A stretch of DNA of 64,000 bases from Lachnospiraceae bacterium (GCA_041848045.1 JBGZHY010000111.1:4327-68326), one strand, 5' to 3'. Counted from the stretch's first letter, positions 46,257 through 56,564 are shown. The notes: generated from the letters alone by a model not told the origin. Program-made: numbers and translations.

Positions 46257-49200
46257 ATGATGAAAAAAAATAAATTAAAGAAAGGCATTGCCGGTCTGAT
46301 GGCGGTGAGCGTGGCGGCAACCACGCTCCTTGCGCCGCTGACGGCATTTGCGGCGAACAGGCAAAATATTCATTTTGATTTGGGGATATACAAAACCTTT
46401 GAGAATAAGACCCTGCCGAGTCTGCAACCGGGCAGTCACACCATGGTAAAGGATGCCTATACGGACCGTAATTTATATCCGGCGGATACCGGTGCAAACG
46501 GGCAGGATCCAAGTTCGGTGGATGCTGCCAATGCCCTGGAGCTTCCTTGGTGGAACGGGGATTGGACGGGCTACTATGCAAAGATTGTAGCAGGAACAGC
46601 AACGGCGGGAGATAAGCCTACGGTAACCTGGAATGGAGATCCTTTCAATTTCCCGGGTTATACCCTGGTTTCCTGGGTGGAGTCTACGGGCGTAACGGAA
46701 AACAAAGTCAATAAAATTGCCAAGGACTTTCCGTACAGGGACATTACCTATAAGGCGAAGTATAAGAGCGACGGTACTACTTATAAAATAACGACCAAGT
46801 ATGAGGCGGCAACGGGAGCACAGCCGCCGCTCAACGGTAACTCGGATACCGTAGCGGTTACACGTAAGGTAATGGTAACCTATCAGGCTCCGATTTTGAA
46901 CGTGCCGGGATATAAGGCAACACTGGATGATGCGGATATTAAGATCTATGAGCCGAATACGAGTACTCCGGTAAACAAGCACTACAATACGGTGTACGGC
47001 TGGACGAAAACGGCGGACCAGTATTTCTTCGGACAGGCCTTCAATAAGGACCTGGAGATTACTTATCGCTATGCCGTAGACACGGCAAAGAAATTCAGCG
47101 TGGATGCAGAGCATGTTATTTTGGATGCGGCAGGCAGTATTGCCAATGTAACCACGAAGAGAGAAAGCTTTAATGCAGAACAGACCATCACGGGAGTAGA
47201 GCCTCTGGCCTCATTGATTACGGCTCCAAGCGGTCAGCAGCCAAGGTATATTCTGGTGACGGCAGACGGCGCCGGCAACGAGAAAGCGCCGGCAATTACC
47301 GCCGGAACCACGGCAAACCAGACGGATCATATCGCTGCCTTTACCGGAAGCTTAAATGCGAGTACCTATGCCTTGACAGGCAGTATGCCGAACCAGCCGA
47401 TGGCGGTGAAGTATGTATATAAGCCTAATCCGAATTATAAGCTGAACATTACCATTCGCTATGAGGATGAGGACGGCAAGAGATTGACCCAGGATGTATT
47501 GGATGCGGCAGGTATTACAAACATGACCGTAACCCCGGACAATGCGATTGTATACGAATTGAATCCGAATACATCCACAACGGCTCCGCTTCCGGATTTG
47601 ACTGCCAAGGGATATCAGGCGACACCGGGATATTCCATCACCGTCAATGCCCTGGATGCAGGTGCGGTTTCCGTTTCAGGCAACAGCTTGAGCATCGGTA
47701 TGAATGAAACCAGCTATGAGATTAAGGTAGTATATGCAAAGAATCCGGCGAACTGGGGACAGGTGCTCTTTGACAATGACGGTAATTTGACCCTGAAGAG
47801 TGCGGCAAATTCGGCAGATGAGTATGACCCTTCCGCAGAGCCGATTGAGCTGGAGAAAAATGCGGCAGGCAATATTCCGCTGACGCAGGCGGTAGTAAAT
47901 ACCTTCCCGAATATCGTGCCGGATACAGGCTACGAGATAGAGGGCTACTATGTGGGAAGCACCAAGGTTGTTGATGAGAACAAAAACCTGATCGGCGGTT
48001 CTTACGAGTTGGCAGCGACCAATAATACCTATAAGCTGACGGCAAAGGTAAAGAAGAATGCAAACTGGAAGGATTATGTCTTTACTTATGACGGCGGCAG
48101 CAACGGCTCTATGGCGAATTATCCGAAGACCGTAAGCCTGTATCCGATGGATGCAAGCGGCAATCCGAGAACGATTATGTGGCCGGATCTGGATCCGACC
48201 AATCCTGCTCCGCAACCGGAATTTACCGGTTTGGTACCGGAGGCATTTGCAGATACGGGTTATGAAATCAGATGGTATGATGCCAATGATAATCAGCTGG
48301 ACGGTCTGACCGACATTGTCAGCTATCCGGCAGGTTCCGTCTTTACGGCAAAGGCTGTATCCAATCAGCCGACGGTGTTGAATCAGGTAAATGCAAGCGG
48401 CAATATCAGTACGACGGACGGTGCGGCGCAGCTTGTGGTACCGACAACAGGCTTGAATCCTGATCCTGCGGTATGGTATGTGGTTACCGACGCAAGCGGT
48501 AATGTCATCAAGAAGATCAGAAATACGGATTTGGCGACGGCAGGCGGCATTATCAGCGGCACAGAGATTCTGCCGGATACGGAATATCAGATCTATGAGG
48601 TATCACCGACAGCTAACATCAATGTAGGAGATCCGATTACCAATATACCGTCAGCGGACGTATCCGTGGCGACAAGGGTAAGGACGCCGGTAGCGGTAGA
48701 TCCGCAGATAAGCCTTGATCCGGCTGACAACAGCAAAACACAGGCGGTTTTCAGACCGGTAACTCCGGGTATGGAATATGCAGTAATTGCACCGGACGGA
48801 ACGGTATTTACGACATGGACAACGCCGACAGGCAACGAGTTGACGGTACCGGGCTTAGATCCGGATACGAATTATAAGCTGGTGGTAAGACCGGCAGGCA
48901 GCACGGATCCGGAAAGCTCCCGCTTACCGGGTATGGAGTTCAGAACCCTGCCAAGAGCAGCCAATAATGAGTTGCGTTTTATCAATCCGGCAGATATCGA
49001 AGTGTTATCACCGGCAAACTTGAGCCTCAGCAATGTTCCGACAGGAACCGTAATCAGACTGAAGGCAAAAGCCATCAACAGCAACGGCGATGTGTTCGTA
49101 GGTCCGAGCGGCTGGAAAGCGGTACTGGGAACTTTGGGTTCTACGACGGATGACGGAAACACCGTTATTGAATTTAGAATGCCGGCAGGACTTTTGGTTC

Positions 49201-50780
49201 TGCAGGCGGAGTACAGCTCTTCCAATGCGAATGTAAGCTGGGAGCCTGCATCTGCTTCCGATGCAGTCGGAGCACTGGGGCCTTTGGGTGTCATTAACCC
49301 GAATATCGGTAATACGGCGACGGGAGTGTTCCGGGTAAGGGTAAACAGACAGCCGGCTTCTCCAAGTGATGCAAGAGCTGTGCAGGCAGTAGTGGACGGA
49401 AATTACACCGCTATGTTTGAAATCACCGTAAAGGTGGAAAAGAAAAATGCAGCTGGCGTATGGGAGGATTATACAGATCCGGATGTGGAGGATATAGAGG
49501 TCTTTGTATCCACCGGACTTTTATCTCATGATTTGAGAACTTATGTGATGCATGACATGGTATCGGGCGGTGCTCCGTCAGAAACCGCAGGAGATTATCA
49601 GACCGTGGTGAATAATGCAAATTATGCGGGTACTTATTCCCATAAGTTTGTAAACGGTGTGAAGTATCTCTTCGGCTATAAGGAGCCGGCGTCCTACAGC
49701 ATCAGGATTCGAAATGCAAAGGACAACACAAGTATTGCTGCGTTCAAGGCAGAGGAGAATAAGAGCTTAAGTGATTATAAACATATCTATGAAGATCGCG
49801 TAATGAGTATCGCCGAAGTCGACAGAAACGGCGTGACATGGACTTATGTAGGACTCAGCTCCGATAAAGATACCTTTGTTCCTTATGATGAGAACCTGAT
49901 GATTCGTTCCGATGAGCTTTTATATGCCTTCTATGAAAATGACAGAGATGCCAGAAATCAGGCGGCGGATAATTTGAGCAGTCTGATCAACAGAGTAAAG
50001 CTTTTGGATGCGAACGGAGTACTGCAAACGGAGATTGCTGCTGCAGAGGCGCAATTGAATAAGACCAGTCCGAGAAAAGCAAGCAGGGCAGAGCTTTTGC
50101 AGGCTCTGGCAGATTTGACGACAGCACTCAACAGGCTGACAGGCTCCAATTCCGGCGGAAGCGGCGGAAGTAGCGGCGGTGGCGGCGGTACAACCCGCAG
50201 CAATACAGGAAACCTGCCGCAGAATAACGGTATCAGTACCTATACCACTTATCAGGTGGGAACAGACGGAAACTGGAGATTGCTGGATGAGAATAAGCAT
50301 ATCTGGAAGTTTGAAACCAACAATACACAGTCTGTTACGGGATGGGCAAATTTGGCGTACACCTATAACGGTGTAAAGAAGATTGAAACCTATCACTTCG
50401 GTGCAGACGGCGTAATGGATTCCGGCTGGTTCAAGGATGAAGCAGGCAAGTGGTATTATTTGTCAGAAGATCATGACGGTTTCTTCGGTATGTTAATCAG
50501 AGGCTGGCATAAGGACAGCAAGGACGGCAGATGGTACTATCTGTCTACGACAAACGGTGCAATGCATACGGGCTGGAATAAGATTGCCGATGTTTGGTAC
50601 TTCTTAAATCCTGACAATCATGTGGAGCCTACATGGAGATTCAACGAAACAACGCAGAAGTGGGAATATATCGGAAACGCGACGATTAGACCGCTTGGCT
50701 CCATGTATCAGAATGAATTGACGCCGGACGGCTATTATGTCAATGAAAGCGGTGCTTGGGTAAAGGAAGAATTACAGTAA
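46257..50780 (+). CDS. giant secreted modular surface protein (1507 aa), paralogous in architecture to the upstream gene
   Basis: Signal peptide ...LTAFA/ANR. InlB-B-like units (GYTLVSWVES..., TGYEIEGYYVGS..., TGYEIRWYDAND...). MucBP-like units ending VKYVYKPNP and KVVYAKNP. FN3-like units (LDPDTNYKLVVRP). GGSGGSSGGGGG linker (~50145-50192). C-terminal GW/WYYL repeats to 50777. Confidence 0.85.
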   Translation: MMKKNKLKKGIAGLMAVSVAATTLLAPLTAFAANRQNIHFDLGIYKTFENKTLPSLQPGSHTMVKDAYTDRNLYPADTGANGQDPSSVDAANALELPWWNGDWTGYYAKIVAGTATAGDKPTVTWNGDPFNFPGYTLVSWVESTGVTENKVNKIAKDFPYRDITYKAKYKSDGTTYKITTKYEAATGAQPPLNGNSDTVAVTRKVMVTYQAPILNVPGYKATLDDADIKIYEPNTSTPVNKHYNTVYGWTKTADQYFFGQAFNKDLEITYRYAVDTAKKFSVDAEHVILDAAGSIANVTTKRESFNAEQTITGVEPLASLITAPSGQQPRYILVTADGAGNEKAPAITAGTTANQTDHIAAFTGSLNASTYALTGSMPNQPMAVKYVYKPNPNYKLNITIRYEDEDGKRLTQDVLDAAGITNMTVTPDNAIVYELNPNTSTTAPLPDLTAKGYQATPGYSITVNALDAGAVSVSGNSLSIGMNETSYEIKVVYAKNPANWGQVLFDNDGNLTLKSAANSADEYDPSAEPIELEKNAAGNIPLTQAVVNTFPNIVPDTGYEIEGYYVGSTKVVDENKNLIGGSYELAATNNTYKLTAKVKKNANWKDYVFTYDGGSNGSMANYPKTVSLYPMDASGNPRTIMWPDLDPTNPAPQPEFTGLVPEAFADTGYEIRWYDANDNQLDGLTDIVSYPAGSVFTAKAVSNQPTVLNQVNASGNISTTDGAAQLVVPTTGLNPDPAVWYVVTDASGNVIKKIRNTDLATAGGIISGTEILPDTEYQIYEVSPTANINVGDPITNIPSADVSVATRVRTPVAVDPQISLDPADNSKTQAVFRPVTPGMEYAVIAPDGTVFTTWTTPTGNELTVPGLDPDTNYKLVVRPAGSTDPESSRLPGMEFRTLPRAANNELRFINPADIEVLSPANLSLSNVPTGTVIRLKAKAINSNGDVFVGPSGWKAVLGTLGSTTDDGNTVIEFRMPAGLLVLQAEYSSSNANVSWEPASASDAVGALGPLGVINPNIGNTATGVFRVRVNRQPASPSDARAVQAVVDGNYTAMFEITVKVEKKNAAGVWEDYTDPDVEDIEVFVSTGLLSHDLRTYVMHDMVSGGAPSETAGDYQTVVNNANYAGTYSHKFVNGVKYLFGYKEPASYSIRIRNAKDNTSIAAFKAEENKSLSDYKHIYEDRVMSIAEVDRNGVTWTYVGLSSDKDTFVPYDENLMIRSDELLYAFYENDRDARNQAADNLSSLINRVKLLDANGVLQTEIAAAEAQLNKTSPRKASRAELLQALADLTTALNRLTGSNSGGSGGSSGGGGGTTRSNTGNLPQNNGISTYTTYQVGTDGNWRLLDENKHIWKFETNNTQSVTGWANLAYTYNGVKKIETYHFGADGVMDSGWFKDEAGKWYYLSEDHDGFFGMLIRGWHKDSKDGRWYYLSTTNGAMHTGWNKIADVWYFLNPDNHVEPTWRFNETTQKWEYIGNATIRPLGSMYQNELTPDGYYVNESGAWVKEELQ

Positions 50781-50826
50781 GCGGCTTTCCAAAGATTTAG
50801 GTTTTGTGATATTTTTTATAAAATGG

Positions 50827-50874
50827 CAGGAGTCCGACAGGCGGGAAAACCCGTCTGCCGGGGCTCCTGTTTTG
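50827..50874 (+). terminator. strong rho-independent terminator after the surface-protein operon
   Basis: CAGGAGTCCGACAGGCGGG-aaaa-CCCGTCTGCCGGGGCTCCTG long stem followed by TTTTG. Confidence 0.8.
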
Positions 50875-51005
50875 TATTCCGGAAAAGTTTAAAATTTACT
50901 TGAGATTATTTTAATATGTGCTTGGGGTACTTGTGGATAGGAGAGGGGTATAGTATAGTGGTGCACGAACGCAGAACTGTATAAATGAAATGGGGGTTTT
51001 AGAGT

Positions 51006-51611
51006 ATGGGAGAGCGTACCGGGCAAGCGGAAGAAAAGGGCTTGTCATTTGTTTTGATGTCTGTAAAAAAGAGAATAGGATGGATATTGCTGGCGGGCGT
51101 ATTGGGCTTTGTGGGAAGCTTGTTATACAGCCGCTTTCTTGTCGTTCCGCAATATACCTCCACGGCACTTTTGTATGTTGTGCCGAAGGAAGGAGAGGTT
51201 GTGCGCCTTCCGGATTTGGAAATGGGAACGCAGTTGACGGAGGATTATAAGGTACTGATATCCGGACGTTTCGTCTTGCAGAGTTTGATACAAGCATTAG
51301 ATCTGCAGACGGATTATGAACAAATCAAAAGAAAAGTGGAAGTCAGAAATCCGAAAGGAACCAGGATATTGGAATTGTCCGTTTCCGACGCGCAGCCGGA
51401 GATGGCAAAAAAAATGGCGGATGAGCTGGCGGCTTTGTCCATGACTTACATTAGTCAGGTTATGGATATGCAGGCGCCTAAGCTGATTGAGAGCGCTAAT
51501 CTGCCGACTGCTCCTTCCGCACCGCATGTTCCGAAGATCCTTTGTGTATCTACGGTATTTGCCTTGTTTTGCGGGACGGCGCTGAGTGTTTTAACGGCGA
51601 GAAGAGTTTGA
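51006..51611 (+). CDS. wzz: Wzz/CpsC-type polysaccharide chain-length determinant (co-polymerase) protein
   Basis: Two TM helices (ILLAGVLGFVGSLLY; VSTVFALFCGTALSVL) flanking an extracytoplasmic domain with PQYTSTALLYV motif. First gene of the glycan locus. Confidence 0.75.
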   Translation: MGERTGQAEEKGLSFVLMSVKKRIGWILLAGVLGFVGSLLYSRFLVVPQYTSTALLYVVPKEGEVVRLPDLEMGTQLTEDYKVLISGRFVLQSLIQALDLQTDYEQIKRKVEVRNPKGTRILELSVSDAQPEMAKKMADELAALSMTYISQVMDMQAPKLIESANLPTAPSAPHVPKILCVSTVFALFCGTALSVLTARRV

Positions 51612-51637
51612 ACAGAGTTCCTTGGAAATGAGGGAAG

Positions 51638-53098
51638 GTGGGGGATATGTACAGTACGGATTTTAAGGATTGGTTTAAACATTTTGATTTTATTTTGCTG
51701 GATATCGTCTGTCTGCAGGGGGCACTTATGCTGGCCTATCTGCTGCGGCACGGAAACGGGTATTTATACCGGAGCCCCTTGTATCGAAATGTTTCCATTT
51801 TTATGGTTTTATTAAATTTTGTGGTGATTTTCTTTTTTGAAAGCTTCAAGAATGTTTTGAAAAGAGATGTTTATGCGGAACTGCGGGCAAGCGCAAGACA
51901 CGCGGTGCTGGTCGGTTTTTTTACCCTTTTATACTTATTCAGCCTGCAGGCGGGTCTGCAGTATTCCAGAGCAGTTTTGTATGTGAGCGTTATGTTGTAC
52001 GGCATTTTCACCTGGGCTTTGCGAATCTTCTGGAAAAAGGTTTTGCGGGCAAAGCTTTTGCAGGGGGAGCGGCGTTCTCTTTTGCTGCTGTGTGAAGCCA
52101 AAGCAGCGCCTCTTGTGGTTGCCGATATTCAGCGAAACCAAAGGGACAAATATCAAATCAGCGGTCTGCTGCTGACGGACAAGGATGCGCAGGGAAGCTG
52201 TATTGCGGGGATTCCGGTGGTGGGAAAAGCGGAGGAAGCGGCGGAATATATATGCAGAGAATGGGTGGACGAGGTATTCATTCATACCTTTGGGGGGCTG
52301 GCATATCCCCAGGATTTGCTGGAGCAGCTGCTGGAAACGGGGGTTGCCATACATTTGAATCTGGAAAAGCTTTCGGATGTTGCCGGCAAGAAGCAGATTG
52401 TGGAGCGCATCGGCAGCTATACGGTGCTGACAACGGGAATGAAGTGCATTACTCTGCGGCAGGCGTTTATGAAGCGGCTGATGGATATTGCGGGGGGATG
52501 TATAGGCTGTATGATGACGGGCATAATTTTTTTGTTTGTGGCGCCGCTTATTTACCTGCAGTCCCCGGGGCCGATTTTCTTTGCCCAGACTCGTGTGGGC
52601 AAAAACGGCAAACAATTTAAAATGTATAAATTCCGGACAATGCATCCGGATGCGGAAATCCGCAAAAAGGACTTGGAGGAGCAAAACAGGGTGAAGGACG
52701 GTTTGATGTTTAAGCTGGATTTTGACCCGAGGGTAATCGGAAACCGTATATCGGCGGACGGAAGAAGGAGAACGGGAATCGGACATTTCCTGCGGGCAAG
52801 CAGCTTGGATGAGTTTCCGCAGTTTTTCAATGTATTGAAGGGTGATATGTCTATTGTCGGAACCAGACCGCCTACCGTGGACGAATTTTTGCGCTACCGG
52901 CATCATCACTGCGCAAGACTTGCGGCAAAGCCGGGAATAACGGGGATGTGGCAGGTCAGCGGCAGAAGCGAGATTACGGATTTTGAGGAAATCGTGAAGA
53001 TGGATACACGATACATCAGCGAATGGAACCTGGGGCTGGACGTTAAAATACTGTTTAAGACCCTTGCGGTGGTTCTGCGCAGACAGGGGGCGATGTAA
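51638..53098 (+). CDS. polyprenyl-phosphate hexose-1-phosphate transferase (bacterial sugar transferase, WcaJ/EpsL-like initiating enzyme)
   Basis: Four N-terminal TM helices, central domain, C-terminal catalytic domain with PGPIFFAQTRVGKNGK, FKMYKFRTM, KPGITGMWQVSGRS. Confidence 0.9.
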   Translation: MGDMYSTDFKDWFKHFDFILLDIVCLQGALMLAYLLRHGNGYLYRSPLYRNVSIFMVLLNFVVIFFFESFKNVLKRDVYAELRASARHAVLVGFFTLLYLFSLQAGLQYSRAVLYVSVMLYGIFTWALRIFWKKVLRAKLLQGERRSLLLLCEAKAAPLVVADIQRNQRDKYQISGLLLTDKDAQGSCIAGIPVVGKAEEAAEYICREWVDEVFIHTFGGLAYPQDLLEQLLETGVAIHLNLEKLSDVAGKKQIVERIGSYTVLTTGMKCITLRQAFMKRLMDIAGGCIGCMMTGIIFLFVAPLIYLQSPGPIFFAQTRVGKNGKQFKMYKFRTMHPDAEIRKKDLEEQNRVKDGLMFKLDFDPRVIGNRISADGRRRTGIGHFLRASSLDEFPQFFNVLKGDMSIVGTRPPTVDEFLRYRHHHCARLAAKPGITGMWQVSGRSEITDFEEIVKMDTRYISEWNLGLDVKILFKTLAVVLRRQGAM

Positions 53099-53101
53099 GA
53101 G

Positions 53102-54250
53102 ATGACGGGGGGAAGAGAGAAAAAGATACGCATTTTGCATGTTGCCCAGGCTGCCGGCGGGGTAGACCGCTATATTCGCCTGCTGTTAAAGTATGTAAAC
53201 CGCAGTGCATTTGAGCATATTCTGCTTTGCTCCGAGGATTATCGGAAAGAGGATTATGCAGGCTTGCTGCTTGCCTTTGAACAGCTTCCTCTGCAAAGAG
53301 AAATCGGCCCGGCGGATTGTTCGGCGGTATTTGCCGTTCGCAGACTGATTCGCAAGTATCAGCCGGATATTGTCTATGCCCATTCCAGCAAGGCGGGGGC
53401 GCTGGCACGCCTTGCCCATATCGGTCTGCCGGGGATGTGCATTTATAATCCCCATGGCTGGGCATTTCATATGCGCTGTAAAAAAGGAAAGAAGCTGTTA
53501 TACTGCCTGATTGAAAGGCTGGCAGCCTTGTTTTGCCAAAAAATTGTGTGTATTTCGGAAACGGAGCGTCGCCTGGCTCTGGAGGCTCGGATATGCAAAG
53601 CCCGCAAGCTGCGGCGAATTCTGAACGGTGTGGATGTGGCTGCTTATGACAGGCAGGACCATCCGCCGCTAAGCAGGGAAACGCTGGGGATACCGGAGGA
53701 TGCGCTGGTCATCGGAATGTTGGGGCGCATCAGCCCGCAAAAGGCGCCGGATGTTTTTATCAAGGCGGCAAGGTGGATTAAGCAGGCTTTGCCGCAGGCA
53801 TACTTTGTGATGGTAGGCGCCGGCGAGATGGAGGAAGAAATCAGCGCTTATGCCAAAAAACAGGGGATTGAGGATTGCTTATGCATCACAGGCTGGGTGG
53901 CGGAGCCCATGTCTTATGTGGAGCTTTTTGACATTGCCCTGCTCTTATCCCGCTGGGAGGGCTTCGGTCTGGCGCTGGCGGAATATATGCTGGCAAGGAA
54001 ACCGATTGTGGCAAGTCGTACGGATGCGATTCCGGAGCTGATTCGGGACGCGGAAAACGGCTTGCTGGTGGAAGCGGATAATGTAAAGGCCGTATATGCG
54101 GCGGTTTTGCATCTGGCGAAAAACGCCGCTCTGGGAAAACGTTTGGCCGAGGCGGCATGGGAGGATGTACACCGTAAATTTGATGCCAGAAGGATGGCCA
54201 GGGAGCATGCGGCTTTGTTTTTGGAGTGTAGAGATGCGGCCTTTGATTAG
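53102..54250 (+). CDS. GT4-family (GT-B) glycosyltransferase
   Basis: IRILHVAQAAGGVDRY N-terminus and EX7E region EGFGLALAEYMLARKPIVAS. Confidence 0.85.
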   Translation: MTGGREKKIRILHVAQAAGGVDRYIRLLLKYVNRSAFEHILLCSEDYRKEDYAGLLLAFEQLPLQREIGPADCSAVFAVRRLIRKYQPDIVYAHSSKAGALARLAHIGLPGMCIYNPHGWAFHMRCKKGKKLLYCLIERLAALFCQKIVCISETERRLALEARICKARKLRRILNGVDVAAYDRQDHPPLSRETLGIPEDALVIGMLGRISPQKAPDVFIKAARWIKQALPQAYFVMVGAGEMEEEISAYAKKQGIEDCLCITGWVAEPMSYVELFDIALLLSRWEGFGLALAEYMLARKPIVASRTDAIPELIRDAENGLLVEADNVKAVYAAVLHLAKNAALGKRLAEAAWEDVHRKFDARRMAREHAALFLECRDAAFD

Positions 54251-55202
54251 TGTAATTGTACCTGTATACCAGGTGGAGAAGTATTTGTACCGCTGCGTGG
54301 AAAGCCTGCTGTGCCAAAGCTACGGCAATATTGAAATCATATTGGTGGATGACGGTTCTAAGGATATGAGCGGAAAAATCTGCGATATGTATGGACGAAA
54401 GGATGCCCGGGTGCGGGTTTTGCACAAGCAAAACGGAGGGCTTTCCGAAGCGAGAAATGCGGGACTTGCCATGGCAAGAGGAGAATATATTCTTTTTGTG
54501 GACAGCGACGACTGGGTGTCACCTTACTATGCGGCAAATTTATATAGCGCGCTGTCCAGAGAAAATGCAGATTTGGCCATCAGCTGTTTTGAAAACGTAT
54601 TGGAGGGAAAGCCGGTTCGGACAAAGGCGCTGTCGGTATTATCCGGCTATCGCTGTCTTTCTGCGGAGGAATGTTTAAAGAAGATGCTTTACCAGGACGG
54701 AGTGGAGATTTGCGCCTGGGGAAAGCTGTATAAGCGCCGGATATTTGAAGGGCTCCGTTATCCTGTGGGAAAGCTGTATGAGGATATACCGGTTACCTAC
54801 CGGGCGCTGAAAGCTTCTCCTAAGGTCGCGCTGATTAAAAATACGGATTATTACTATTTTCAGCGCAGGGACAGTATTCAGAACCGCCGCTTCTATATGC
54901 AGAAGCTGGACGGCATATTGCATCTGGAGGAGCTGCAGCTTTTGGTGAGCAGAGATTTCCCGCAGCTGCAAAAGGCGGCAAGGTGTCGCTACTTCAGTAT
55001 GCTGTGCAATATTTTGTTCCAGATAAAAGAGAAGGAATACAAGGCGTGCAGGAAGATGCTTTGGTGGGAGCTTTTGCGGTACCGCAAGGGGATACTTGGA
55101 GATAAAGAAGCCAGGCCTAAGGCTCGTTTGGCGGCGGTGGTATCTTTCGGCGGTTATGCGTGGATGAATTTTGTATATAGGCATACGCAGTGGAGGGGAT
55201 GA
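54234..55202 (+). CDS. GT2-family (GT-A) glycosyltransferase
   Basis: ISVIVPVYQVEKYL, LVDDGSKD, FVDSDD motifs. ATG 54234 overlaps the GT4 gene by 17 nt (track ORF begins at 54096). Confidence 0.88.
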   Translation: MRPLISVIVPVYQVEKYLYRCVESLLCQSYGNIEIILVDDGSKDMSGKICDMYGRKDARVRVLHKQNGGLSEARNAGLAMARGEYILFVDSDDWVSPYYAANLYSALSRENADLAISCFENVLEGKPVRTKALSVLSGYRCLSAEECLKKMLYQDGVEICAWGKLYKRRIFEGLRYPVGKLYEDIPVTYRALKASPKVALIKNTDYYYFQRRDSIQNRRFYMQKLDGILHLEELQLLVSRDFPQLQKAARCRYFSMLCNILFQIKEKEYKACRKMLWWELLRYRKGILGDKEARPKARLAAVVSFGGYAWMNFVYRHTQWRG

Positions 55203-55235
55203 GAAAGTCTTGCGTATGTGCGGGGTTGAGAGGAA

Positions 55236-56564
55236 ATGCTTGAACTTTTATTTTTATGGCTGTGCTTATCCGGCACGCTTATAGGGCTTTATGCTGTGTG
55301 CCGCAGGGATGTGCTGGCGCCGGAGTTTTTGTTTACGGCAGGATTTTGGCTGGCTGTCGGTACCGCCCTGCTGCATGTGGAGAAATGGGGCATTTGCCTG
55401 TCCCTCACCACGATATGCATAATGTTGACCGGTATTGTGTGCTTTGTGCTGACCGGTTTGTATACCAAATCTTTGGATAGGGACCAGCCGCTTCCCGGCA
55501 ACGGGGAGGACAGTCCCATAGAGCCGACTTTGCTCAGGACGCTTTTGGTAACGATATTCGGCATTCTGACCCTGGCGCTGTATTACAGGGAGGTGCTCAG
55601 ACTGGGGGAATATGCCCATCCCTACCTGCGAGCGCAGGGGATAATGGCGGCATATAAGCATGTGGCTGCTTACGGTATTGCCGCCGTGCATCCTGTGGTG
55701 AACCAAATGAGCAAGTGCGTTTATGCTTTCGGGTATATTTACGCCTATATTTTTATACAGCGGCATTTTGCGAACAGTGCCAAAGGCAAAATGAGCGGGA
55801 GCCTGCTTTGCCTGCCGCCTGTTCTGCTATTTTTTGCGCTGGCTCTGCTGAAGGGCAACCGTATTGATATCATTGCCCTGTTGTTTGCGCTTGTGGGAAT
55901 GTATTCCCTGCTCTGGCACAGGAAAAAGGGCTGGCAGCAAGCTCCCGGTGCAGGCTTTGTCTGCCTGCTTTTGCTGTTGTTTGTGTGCGGTATGGCAGGC
56001 TTTTATTATGTGAAGGATTGGGTCGGCAGGGTTTCTGCCTTGGATTTTGCCGACTATGTGGCACGCTATATCGGCGGTTCCGTACAGCTTTTGGATCTTT
56101 ATGTGCGGGAGGGAGGCGGAACGACGGTGCCTTTCGGGGAAAGTCTTGCGGGATTGTTTACGGGCTTAAATAAGCTGGGGATTTTGCATACCGATGTGCG
56201 TAAGGCTCTGGAATTTCGCTATACTCCTACAGGGGTGTATCTGGGGAATGTATATACGGCTTTCCGGCGTTATTATCATGACGCTTCCTGGTGCGGTCTG
56301 CTGATGTTTCCGGCAATATTGTCTTTTTTGATGAATATGTTGTATATCAGGTTGAAATACTGCAGGGGAGATTCCCCGGGGGAGATATACGGGCGGATAG
56401 TATATGCCGGTCTGCTGTATGTGCTTCCTTTGCAGGCCATGGAGGACGCTTTTTATATCAATAAGGTAAGCATAGGCTATGTGCTGGAGCTTATCCTGCT
56501 ATATCTGTGTCTTTGTTGGGTCATCGGGGAAAACAGCCGAAAGAAAGGAGGCCTGTATGGATAG
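55236..56564 (+). CDS. wzy: oligosaccharide repeat-unit polymerase (Wzy-like) integral membrane protein
   Basis: 442 aa, more than 10 hydrophobic segments, no soluble domain. Position between GT and flippase genes. Confidence 0.65.
   Translation: MLELLFLWLCLSGTLIGLYAVCRRDVLAPEFLFTAGFWLAVGTALLHVEKWGICLSLTTICIMLTGIVCFVLTGLYTKSLDRDQPLPGNGEDSPIEPTLLRTLLVTIFGILTLALYYREVLRLGEYAHPYLRAQGIMAAYKHVAAYGIAAVHPVVNQMSKCVYAFGYIYAYIFIQRHFANSAKGKMSGSLLCLPPVLLFFALALLKGNRIDIIALLFALVGMYSLLWHRKKGWQQAPGAGFVCLLLLLFVCGMAGFYYVKDWVGRVSALDFADYVARYIGGSVQLLDLYVREGGGTTVPFGESLAGLFTGLNKLGILHTDVRKALEFRYTPTGVYLGNVYTAFRRYYHDASWCGLLMFPAILSFLMNMLYIRLKYCRGDSPGEIYGRIVYAGLLYVLPLQAMEDAFYINKVSIGYVLELILLYLCLCWVIGENSRKKGGLYG

Noticed and set aside
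46263-46270. A8 tract right after the start codons of the 1507-aa gene; considered as a slipped-strand phase-variation switch.
   Set aside because: It encodes the ordinary Lys-rich n-region of a signal peptide. Equal tracts occur in unrelated genes (e.g. 16373-16380). No length-variation evidence is available.
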